DNA of 54,311 nt, from the IMG/VR virus record IMGVR_UViG_3300005253_000034, positions 1-54,311 of that record. One strand, 5' to 3'. The stretch comes from a virus (Duplodnaviria > Caudoviricetes). Under the pieces are notes generated by a model, which had not been told where the DNA came from, did no database searches, and was given only the letters and a program-made list of their open reading frames with translations. A program made the translations under genes and the position numbers. Positions 47,151 to 54,311 of this stretch are shown piece by piece (position 1 is the stretch's first letter; the number at the start of each line of letters is the position of its first letter).

Positions 47151-47228
47151 CCCAATATTTCCTAAAAATGCCATATATCCTCCGCAGGATATAGGCCACA
47201 AATAGGAAAGTTATTAAATATCTAAACA

Positions 47229-49076
47229 TTATCCCACAATATTCCTTTGACCCCGAACCACACGCCGGTTATTCGGGTCTATAGCTGATTTACGAGCATT
47301 TTTACTCAAGACATCAAGCATCTCGTCGGTTATCTCGGATGGGGATACCCCCGAGAGTAAAGGTGTCCCCTTAACAAGAGGCAGGTTTCGGCGAATACGC
47401 TCCAAAAGGCTTGGTTTCCCTTTTTCCTTCGTAAATATCCCACCTCTATTTTTCACAACGTATTGGGACATCGAGAGGGTATCAACAGCATCGTCGTGGG
47501 GCAATAGGGCTAAGTCTGGGGTATAGTCCTCGGTCTGTTGATATAGCTGGTCAAAAGGCCATTTACCTGCAAGATGGGCTGGATATTTTATTCTACCAGG
47601 ACGGAATCGCCACTCCATCCCGGATATTCGTTGACTCTTGGAGACTCTGGCCGGATATGTAATCGGGAAAACTCTTGCCCTCCAAGGCTGTGAGATTTTC
47701 TGCTCCATTTCCTCAATATATTCCTTGACAGCCTCCGCAAAACTCATCTGGATGCTCACGGCCTCAATTCCGAGGACCCGGGGCCGCCACGCTAATCCGT
47801 ATTCATAGATTAATCGCAACAATGTCGCATCCTTGGCTCGGCCAAGCCACATATCCAGAATCCATAAGGTATTCAAGGTGTCAAAGCCAAGGATCATGAT
47901 ACAGGAATAATCATTGTATTGAGAAAGACCACACCCATAATCGAATAGCAAAATCCGATACATCGGAAGTACCAATTCTCGGAAGGGTTTCTCAAAATCC
48001 TTATAGACCCTGCGACCCGGCTCCATATATCGTTCCGACCACTTTATGTTTCCGATATGAGCCAGTGGATTTTTCCAGTCAAATTCCCCCTCAACACTAT
48101 ACTCATTCTTACGAGGGTCAATTACGAGAATACGGTCTTGAGCAGAGATTGGTTCGTTGCAGTATTCACTGGCAAATGCGGATGGGCCAATTTCTTCTCG
48201 CCGAGCCTCAAGAATTTCCTGTGACCATTTCTCCGGCCATAAAACATAGACTTTCTTGGGGTCCTCCTTATCGTATTCGATTGCCTTCAAGACCTTACGG
48301 TTCCAAAAGTCAAATCGAGAGTCGTCACTTGTTGTGGCGTGATAGAGAAAAGACCTCCTATTAATCAAAGTCCCTATCCAATAAATAGACGACCCGGATT
48401 CAAGCATCGGGATTATCTGCCGAAACAGAATCATCTCGAATTTCTCAACTACAACTTGTGCAGCGGCTTGAGAGTCTGAATCCGGGTCATTTTCAGGATC
48501 ATCAAGTATAAATAATCTTGGTCGCCCCCCTCGCTTCTTCCCCATTACACTGAGACCTTTTATAACCGCCCCATTCATCAAAGACAGTTGGTGATGATTC
48601 CAAATCTTCTGGCCTCTTGGGGGCTTCACCTCACCAAAGTCTTGAATTATTAATTCGTTCTCAACAAACTGCTGTATCAATTTGTCAAACCGTTCCTCAA
48701 CTTGTCTATCAGTAGCCAATCCTAAAGTTATTTCGTAATGAGGACGAGTTAGAGCCAATAGCATTGGGGCCTCAAGACCTATCACGGTTGACTTAGCCGA
48801 ACCTCGGGGAGCCGCACTTGCATTTCGGGCGTGTTCCCCCAAATCAAGAATCATCTCGTAGTGAAAATCTGGGGATTCCTCAAAACCGTTTTTATAGAAC
48901 AACTTCCCCGCACCAGCGAGGTAGCACCTGCGGAAGAAATCCCAAGCCACTACCAAATCAAAAGGAGTTGATTGATTGTGCAAGACAGCCAACCTCGCCT
49001 GTTTCTGAGCATCAAGCGATAGCGAATCATAATCTCTCGGCAGAGGCCACAGAGGATAAGGACGCTGAATCCACAT
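47229..49076 (-). CDS. terL: terminase large subunit
   Basis: APRGSAKST, ILDDPE, FDYG...DYS, GIE, HDDAVD. Confidence 0.9.
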   Translation of the reverse strand: MWIQRPYPLWPLPRDYDSLSLDAQKQARLAVLHNQSTPFDLVVAWDFFRRCYLAGAGKLFYKNGFEESPDFHYEMILDLGEHARNASAAPRGSAKSTVIGLEAPMLLALTRPHYEITLGLATDRQVEERFDKLIQQFVENELIIQDFGEVKPPRGQKIWNHHQLSLMNGAVIKGLSVMGKKRGGRPRLFILDDPENDPDSDSQAAAQVVVEKFEMILFRQIIPMLESGSSIYWIGTLINRRSFLYHATTSDDSRFDFWNRKVLKAIEYDKEDPKKVYVLWPEKWSQEILEARREEIGPSAFASEYCNEPISAQDRILVIDPRKNEYSVEGEFDWKNPLAHIGNIKWSERYMEPGRRVYKDFEKPFRELVLPMYRILLFDYGCGLSQYNDYSCIMILGFDTLNTLWILDMWLGRAKDATLLRLIYEYGLAWRPRVLGIEAVSIQMSFAEAVKEYIEEMEQKISQPWRARVFPITYPARVSKSQRISGMEWRFRPGRIKYPAHLAGKWPFDQLYQQTEDYTPDLALLPHDDAVDTLSMSQYVVKNRGGIFTKEKGKPSLLERIRRNLPLVKGTPLLSGVSPSEITDEMLDVLSKNARKSAIDPNNRRVVRGQRNIVG

Positions 49077-49979
49077 TTACTTTTTTAACTCTTCAAGGGC
49101 TGGGAGAGTACGAATCACATCGAAGAAAGCTATCGTCGTGGCGATTCCAGCACACCAAATATCGTTTCCAATGTTGCTACCCATCACGACTTTAAGGCTT
49201 GGCCAAATCCCCTCAAGATACCCGGGTTGTCTAAGCAGAGTAAAGACCATCTCGGGAATCACGGCTCTATCCTCGAAATCCCAAGTGGTCGTCGATGGTG
49301 TCGTCATTGGCTGAGAACACAAGGCAACGATATGAAAAGCAACCCCCGCCGCCACAAAACCAGCGTCCATAATATGATTCCGCAGAGCCGTGAATTCAAT
49401 GTCCTCCGCAGGGGGTTTGGGGCGTGTAATCTCAAGTGCCTGGGATGGAAATGTTTGACCACTACCAGTCACCTGCGGGGGGTGGGGAGATTCAAATTCG
49501 TGAATTAGGTTGTCGATTTTAATCTTATCTTTTGGGGTGGGACATTTATGAGCTATAAGTTCTGAGTTGAATTCAAAACGAACACCACAATCAACACAAT
49601 GACTTTTAACTTCCTGTGGAAAAGATTCAAACTCTTCGGGGGATTCCTCGGCTAAATTAGAATCTGTTTTAGAATTAATCCCCTGCGGAGGAGATTCCAG
49701 GGAAGAGTTTTCGGTCACAGGTTGGGGGTTTGGTTTTGATACAGGGATTATCGGGACTTTCGGCACTGTGTGAGTCACCGCTACTGGCTCCTCCGGGTAC
49801 TGGTCTTGAAGTCTCTTCTCCGTCTGGTGGTTTAGTTCCTCCAGAGTCGCCATCTCGTCCCGAGTTAGTGGTTGGTCGGGGACATCCCTCAGAACTTGAG
49901 GAGGTGTCTTGGGTGTCTCGGCTCTCTTGCCTATCGCATTCTCGATTAGGTTCGGTTGGGCTTTCTTCTTTTCTGTCAT
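49077..49979 (-). CDS. Pro-rich hypothetical protein (start MTEKKK)
   Basis: AAGGA RBS; abuts terL. Confidence 0.6.
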   Translation of the reverse strand: MTEKKKAQPNLIENAIGKRAETPKTPPQVLRDVPDQPLTRDEMATLEELNHQTEKRLQDQYPEEPVAVTHTVPKVPIIPVSKPNPQPVTENSSLESPPQGINSKTDSNLAEESPEEFESFPQEVKSHCVDCGVRFEFNSELIAHKCPTPKDKIKIDNLIHEFESPHPPQVTGSGQTFPSQALEITRPKPPAEDIEFTALRNHIMDAGFVAAGVAFHIVALCSQPMTTPSTTTWDFEDRAVIPEMVFTLLRQPGYLEGIWPSLKVVMGSNIGNDIWCAGIATTIAFFDVIRTLPALEELKK

Positions 49980-50340
49980 TTTTAGATTCCTTAATAGTAG
50001 CTTCAATTTGTTTCGTTGGATTCAACATATTTGCTAAACGCTTTGCTTGAAAAGTCGTATGACCCCCTTGGGCATTTGGATAAGTCTGGGACACATTTGC
50101 AACATAACCGGATGTCTCCGCAGCCTCACGAAGTAGCTCACGAAGATGCTTAATTGCCTTGAACTTTATCGAGAGATTGGCATTCTGCTTGGCCATAATA
50201 AGAGTCTCTCGAATTTCAAGAGAATAACTCCAGCCGAGTTCACGGAAGATATTCGTGATGATAGTGGGGTCGTTGAAGGACTGAATCGCCGCCAAGACAT
50301 CATCGGGACTTGGCTCAGGTTTTTCAATTTCGTTATTCAT
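49675..50340 (-). CDS. hypothetical protein, possibly terminase small subunit
   Basis: Helical N-terminal half; position upstream of terL; function inferred only. Confidence 0.5.
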   Translation of the reverse strand: MNNEIEKPEPSPDDVLAAIQSFNDPTIITNIFRELGWSYSLEIRETLIMAKQNANLSIKFKAIKHLRELLREAAETSGYVANVSQTYPNAQGGHTTFQAKRLANMLNPTKQIEATIKESKNDRKEESPTEPNRECDRQESRDTQDTSSSSEGCPRPTTNSGRDGDSGGTKPPDGEETSRPVPGGASSGDSHSAESPDNPCIKTKPPTCDRKLFPGISSAGD

Positions 50341-50726
50341 TATATATACACTATGAATGTGGGCTTTTTTGCTTTCTTTGCCTTTTCAATAGTATCTTGA
50401 GTCCCTTTTGATACCCCTTTCCAGAAGGCGAGAACCATATCACAATTATCAACTATTGTTTGGTTACGAAGATACCCCGCCCTCTTGCCATATTTATCCC
50501 ACTCCGCAGGGAATTCAAGATAAGGAACTGATTCCTCCGTAGCGTATTTTTTAGCAAGAGAATCTGCTCCTTTAGCTCCACCAGATATAATAGTATCTTG
50601 GGGAATAGTTCCCCTTCTTATACGGAGAAAGTCCCACAAGATACCTTCAAACAAAATAGAATCATTAAATGTTCTTGAACCTACGATTGCGAAACGCACG
50701 ATTGTTTCCTCCATAAATGTTTCCAA
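50340..50726 (-). CDS. SLOG-family (DUF2493/YspA-like) protein
   Basis: VGSR, SGGAKGAD, AGYLRN, SKGT. Confidence 0.85.
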   Translation of the reverse strand: METFMEETIVRFAIVGSRTFNDSILFEGILWDFLRIRRGTIPQDTIISGGAKGADSLAKKYATEESVPYLEFPAEWDKYGKRAGYLRNQTIVDNCDMVLAFWKGVSKGTQDTIEKAKKAKKPTFIVYI

Positions 50727-50782
50727 GTATGTTTTTTTACAATTTTGCTAATATTCGATTGGTCAATTTGGAATTGGTTTTT

Positions 50783-51208
50783 TCATTTTTTGTCCTTTTT
50801 TAGTAAGGGAATAGAATGAGCCACCAGTTTTTTTATCATCGAGGCATCCCGTCCCTCAGATGCTACCATCTCCGCCATTATCTGAGGGGATGCGGCTTGG
50901 GCTAAGATGTCGTCAGTTACTTCGACGAGGAAATTTCCTGTTTTCCTGAGAACAGTATTACCTTTCGCTTTGCTGGCCGGAAACAAGAAACCTGGGCTGC
51001 CGGGACGGCTCAAAACGTACATTATTTTTTTGAATGTGGGTAGGGAAAAGAAAACGTCATCGCCAATATACATAGGCCGGATTCTTAAAGCCTTGAGATA
51101 TAGCAATGCAACTCGACGGGGTATGCTAAAGGTTGTCTCAAGATACCTTAACTCAACAAGGTCTCCGCCACCAAAATCGTGAACTTTCGGTACGTTTAGA
51201 ATTGTCAT
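50783..51208 (-). CDS. hypothetical protein
   Basis: AAGGA RBS. Confidence 0.6.
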   Translation of the reverse strand: MTILNVPKVHDFGGGDLVELRYLETTFSIPRRVALLYLKALRIRPMYIGDDVFFSLPTFKKIMYVLSRPGSPGFLFPASKAKGNTVLRKTGNFLVEVTDDILAQAASPQIMAEMVASEGRDASMIKKLVAHSIPLLKKDKK

Positions 51209-51215
51209 ATCCTTA

Positions 51216-51554
51216 TCAGCTTCTTCCTAAATACCGAATAGCCTTCATAAAGAAACCCCGACTGTCATTAAAATAACCCAATATCTGATTACATCTTTGG
51301 CAAAGTAATCCCCGTATCATGCCGGTTTTGTGGTCGTGGTCAACAGCAAGATGAAAATTAAAGTCACTTTGATGTCGTTCACATATAGCACAGCACCCTT
51401 TCTGTTTTCTAAATAATACATCATAGTCCCGAAGGGTCATCCCATAGTTTTTTTTCAAATTGTATTTCCGCTCATAACCCTCTGAATATTTCTCTTTTGC
51501 AGTTAGAGGAGATTGTCGTTTCCGTAGATCGGCCATATATATATCCTTCCTCAT
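51216..51554 (-). CDS. endonuclease VII-family nuclease
   Basis: YGMT...CAIC...VDHDHKTGMIRGLLCQRCN; promoter TTGAAA-N16-TATAAT at 51559-51586. Confidence 0.85.
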   Translation of the reverse strand: MRKDIYMADLRKRQSPLTAKEKYSEGYERKYNLKKNYGMTLRDYDVLFRKQKGCCAICERHQSDFNFHLAVDHDHKTGMIRGLLCQRCNQILGYFNDSRGFFMKAIRYLGRS

Positions 51555-51582
51555 TTATATTATAGCAGATACTCAATAAGTT

Positions 51583-51789
51583 TCAAGTGGATTTTTTCCA
51601 GAAAGAATGGTGATATTTATAAGGCGTTACTTGCCCCCCGCAAACAACGACTATGCAAAGGGTATTTCTCCTAAATCGACCATAAGCTGTTCCCAAACAA
51701 ACCCCCTTACGATGTTTCGGGAATATATTTTTCTTTATAGCCAACGGTGTTGTCTCCACTGGCATTCCCCATTTGATTCTATGTCTCAT
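51583..51789 (-). CDS. hypothetical basic protein
   Basis: ATGA overlap. Confidence 0.5.
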   Translation of the reverse strand: MRHRIKWGMPVETTPLAIKKNIFPKHRKGVCLGTAYGRFRRNTLCIVVVCGGQVTPYKYHHSFWKKST

Positions 51790-52466
51790 TTCTTGCTCCT
51801 TAACATTTCCGGGTCAATTCCGAAGTTTACGAGTTGATTATGTTTTCGTACCCGTCTGCGGAAATCTTTTATTTGCCTTGCTCCCCATCCGATAGGTTCT
51901 ATGTTGGGAGAGACCTGACCATCGAAGTAGCAGTCGGCCACCTTCACCGACCAGATGGCACACAGATACAGTTTCTTGAGACATTCCTCGTAGGGAATTT
52001 CCCAGTTGCAAATCATAAAGACCATCATATCCCTCGACCTGTATCCAGATGCCATTAATGATTTCAGGGCATTCCTTATTCTGATCTGGTCAATGTATCC
52101 AAAATCCCACGCCAAGCGGATTTTCTGGAATCGTGCTTCTTTAAGAGCCTCCGCAAGATCAGAATTTAGAAATCGGTGGTCAACACCACAAACGAGTTCG
52201 TAATGCACGACTTTGTTGTTGACTTTCTGATTCCCTAAGTATTGAATCCTTTCGAGGACACACTCTTGGGACAATATATTCATATCCATTATCTTAACAA
52301 GATTCCGTTCTATTGGTGGAATAGGAAAAACAATCCTCTGTGGAGGTTCATAGCAGAAATCGCACCTATTTGGGCAACCTTGGGAGATGCGAATCCATTG
52401 CTCGGTGTCGTTCATTTTGTTGTAGGGGCCTGTGGAATAGGACCTGATTATACCTCGTTTTTTCAT
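51786..52466 (-). CDS. radical SAM protein
   Basis: SQGCPNRCDFC (CxxxCxxC), GVDHR, IRLAWD. Confidence 0.8.
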   Translation of the reverse strand: MKKRGIIRSYSTGPYNKMNDTEQWIRISQGCPNRCDFCYEPPQRIVFPIPPIERNLVKIMDMNILSQECVLERIQYLGNQKVNNKVVHYELVCGVDHRFLNSDLAEALKEARFQKIRLAWDFGYIDQIRIRNALKSLMASGYRSRDMMVFMICNWEIPYEECLKKLYLCAIWSVKVADCYFDGQVSPNIEPIGWGARQIKDFRRRVRKHNQLVNFGIDPEMLRSKK

Positions 52467-52933
52467 TTCTTTACTCCGATAATGGCTACCTTATAGACTA
52501 CTGTTTCTGGGGGCCATTCCAATTTAACATCTAAGTTTTTCATTGTGGCGGTTACGTTGATGCCCATAGCCTCGGGACAAAAAGATACGTGCCAATTCCC
52601 TCGGCCTTCCAGATAATATACCGTATCTGCAACTACTTCTCTCAGCATTTTATTGGCTGTACCCTGCCAATATAGACAACAATCTATTTGCCGTTGAGAC
52701 CAATCAGGATGTTTCCTTCTCATATTGCGTCGATGGGCGGCAAAGTCGAAGATAATCCAGTTTACCCAAAAACCTTTTGAGATGTTGAACCAATCTTCTA
52801 TTCGGGGGCATTTTGGAGGACAGAAGCCACGTTTGCCATAGTTGGGGCATCCCTTGGGGTGATTAGGATAAGGTCGGAAGCAAAGGTCTCGCACGGAATA
52901 GTCAATTACGATTTCTTTAGTAAAGGCGTTCAT
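52463..52933 (-). CDS. DUF2284-like metal-binding protein
   Basis: CPNYGK...CPP...PEAMGINV. Confidence 0.75.
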   Translation of the reverse strand: MNAFTKEIVIDYSVRDLCFRPYPNHPKGCPNYGKRGFCPPKCPRIEDWFNISKGFWVNWIIFDFAAHRRNMRRKHPDWSQRQIDCCLYWQGTANKMLREVVADTVYYLEGRGNWHVSFCPEAMGINVTATMKNLDVKLEWPPETVVYKVAIIGVKK

Positions 52934-54311
52934 TTTTGGTTTCTCCTGAGTGCTGCAGAGGCGGCGTCAATAATGCTCTGCCTGCTTTCAGAGACGTGCG
53001 GTGAGTTCTCATTTGGACAACCGCCACCACTCACGAAGCCTGTTGTTGTCCTGACCGTCTCCACGTTCTTAGTAACAGGCAGAGTAGTTTCCAGCGTGAT
53101 TTCTTGTCCCTCCACTGCTGCGATGCGTTTTACGGCGATTTCACAATATTCTCGTTCCTTCTCGATACCGATGAAGCTGATGCCAAGTTCCTTGCAGGCT
53201 ATTCCAGTTGTGCCGGAGCCAAGGAAGGGGTCAAGGATTATCTGGTCTTGGCCGGGCATCTTGAGTAGAGTACAGAGATACTTCATTAGCGTGAGGGGTT
53301 TGACTGTAGGATGGTTATTTTTCACGACAGCGACTCGATTGAGTCCGATGTGTTTTTGCAGATATTCTTTCTCTCCTCGGTTTTCGGCTCCTTGTGCCCC
53401 GCCAGAACGAGCCAAGAGTTTGTCCTCACAATCTTCCATTCCCATATTCCGTTCCTTGCGAGAAGTTTTGGCACAATAAAAAAACCTCGAGGCTCCCCCG
53501 GAATCACCGTAGGTGTCGTTTCGCACCGTGTCAGGATTGAACTTGCCGTAGGTATTTTTGTTGGGGTTATCAGACATCTGACGTTTCGTGCCTGCAGCCA
53601 TAAATCCACTTTTCTTGGTTCCGGTTTGTTCATCCAGCATTCTCACGGAGCATTCGGGATGGCAGGATATTTTTCCGTTTTCATCTCCCCAACAATCAGG
53701 ATGATGAGAAAAGAGTAAATTGGCAGGCCAGCGACCTTGAACTTCGTGTGGAGGATTGTCAGGTTTATTTTTGTCGGCAGAACCAAAAACTTCTTCCTCC
53801 GTTCTGCCACGTCTAATGAATCCTGCTTCTGGATTTTTACGAATTTCTGTGCCTATTTTGCCGCCGTTGATGTTGAGTCCGGCGACTCCGTGTGCCTCGG
53901 CGTTGTGGGCGAATGTGCCGTCCAAAGGTTTCATTGCCACGATGATTGGCTCCCACGCAGGCTTGAGGGCAGTGCCGTAGCCGTCCCAGAGTTGGGCGAG
54001 GGCGGTTTGCGTTTCTGGCATAATTAAAGCATTGTTGATATTATTCCAACCCCGATTATCAATAAGTTCACGGCTTGCAATCGCTCCATACGCAGGTTTC
54101 TTCCCCACTGGTTTTACGCCTTTAGCCTTTTCGATGGCTTTGCTGATGTTATGGGACTTTGGGAAGCCTGAGCCGTAGAGCCACATCATGCAGTCTCGGA
54201 TTTCCCAGCCAGCGTCCTCGATTGCACAGGCGAGGCGATGGTAGGTGCGGGTCCCGCCGAAGCAGAGTAGGAAGCCCCCCGGCTTGGTGATTCGGAGCAT
54301 TTCCTTGGCCC
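52930..54311 (-). CDS. C-terminal part of DNA N4/N6 methyltransferase (beta class)
   Basis: HPTVKP, ILDPFLGSGTTG; continues from 1-410. Confidence 0.9.
   Translation of the reverse strand, partial: AKEMLRITKPGGFLLCFGGTRTYHRLACAIEDAGWEIRDCMMWLYGSGFPKSHNISKAIEKAKGVKPVGKKPAYGAIASRELIDNRGWNNINNALIMPETQTALAQLWDGYGTALKPAWEPIIVAMKPLDGTFAHNAEAHGVAGLNINGGKIGTEIRKNPEAGFIRRGRTEEEVFGSADKNKPDNPPHEVQGRWPANLLFSHHPDCWGDENGKISCHPECSVRMLDEQTGTKKSGFMAAGTKRQMSDNPNKNTYGKFNPDTVRNDTYGDSGGASRFFYCAKTSRKERNMGMEDCEDKLLARSGGAQGAENRGEKEYLQKHIGLNRVAVVKNNHPTVKPLTLMKYLCTLLKMPGQDQIILDPFLGSGTTGIACKELGISFIGIEKEREYCEIAVKRIAAVEGQEITLETTLPVTKNVETVRTTTGFVSGGGCPNENSPHVSESRQSIIDAASAALRRNQK
54191..54311. repeat. 121-bp terminal direct repeat (copy 2)
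   Basis: Identical to 1-121. Confidence 0.95.

Larger units (their letters stand above)
376..49691. repeat. Dispersed motif CCTCCGCAG/CTGCGGAGG, at least 35 exact copies on both strands
   Basis: Manual enumeration; positions are listed in the findings. Confidence 0.95.

Noticed and set aside
376-49691. Dispersed motif explained as Shine-Dalgarno (it contains GGAGG) or as an amino-acid repeat
   Set aside because: Most copies are mid-gene, half are antisense to the mRNA, and they are read in different frames
772-54027. Plus-strand ORFs in the track
   Set aside because: Almost all are antisense shadows of minus-strand genes and lack RBSs or recognisable motifs
1-54311. Alternative genetic code or prophage status
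   Set aside because: Genes are intact and densely packed under code 11 with all three stop codons used; no integrase, att site or host genes were recognised

Overview
The window looks like a complete, circularly permuted ~54.2 kb dsDNA tailed-phage genome. Bases 1-121 are repeated exactly at 54191-54311, and a DNA methyltransferase reads in frame across the join. Essentially every credible gene is on the minus strand, preceded by about a dozen near-consensus sigma70-type promoters. Modules in transcription order (high to low coordinates): DNA modification (N4/N6 methyltransferase, DUF2284-like, radical SAM, SLOG); packaging and head (terminase, portal, scaffold, major capsid); large decoration/tail proteins and probable ejection proteins (podovirus-like, no tape measure recognised); replication/recombination (UDG-fused PolA with unusual active-site motifs, ERCC4, PD-(D/E)XK, Sak4-like ATPase, SSB-like); nucleotide metabolism (DUF1599, PQ-loop, HD, metallophosphoesterase, ligase-Ia domain); small early genes; and a RepA-like helicase with iteron-like repeats. 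I found no integrase, primase, reverse transcriptase, CRISPR array or clear endolysin. The most striking unexplained signals are: (1) a 9-10 bp quasi-palindromic motif CCTCCGCAG(G) present at least 35 times on both strands and in different reading frames; (2) a capsid-terminator hairpin carrying a perfect 20-nt antisense to the RBS and start codon of the Sak4-like gene 29 kb away; (3) a D-arm-less mini-tRNA next to a second structured RNA; (4) two small proteins that copy the N-terminus of the capsid protein and of the SSB-like protein; (5) two genes collapsed to in-frame N+C-terminal stubs. All family assignments are from motif recognition by eye, not database searches, and all counts are manual.
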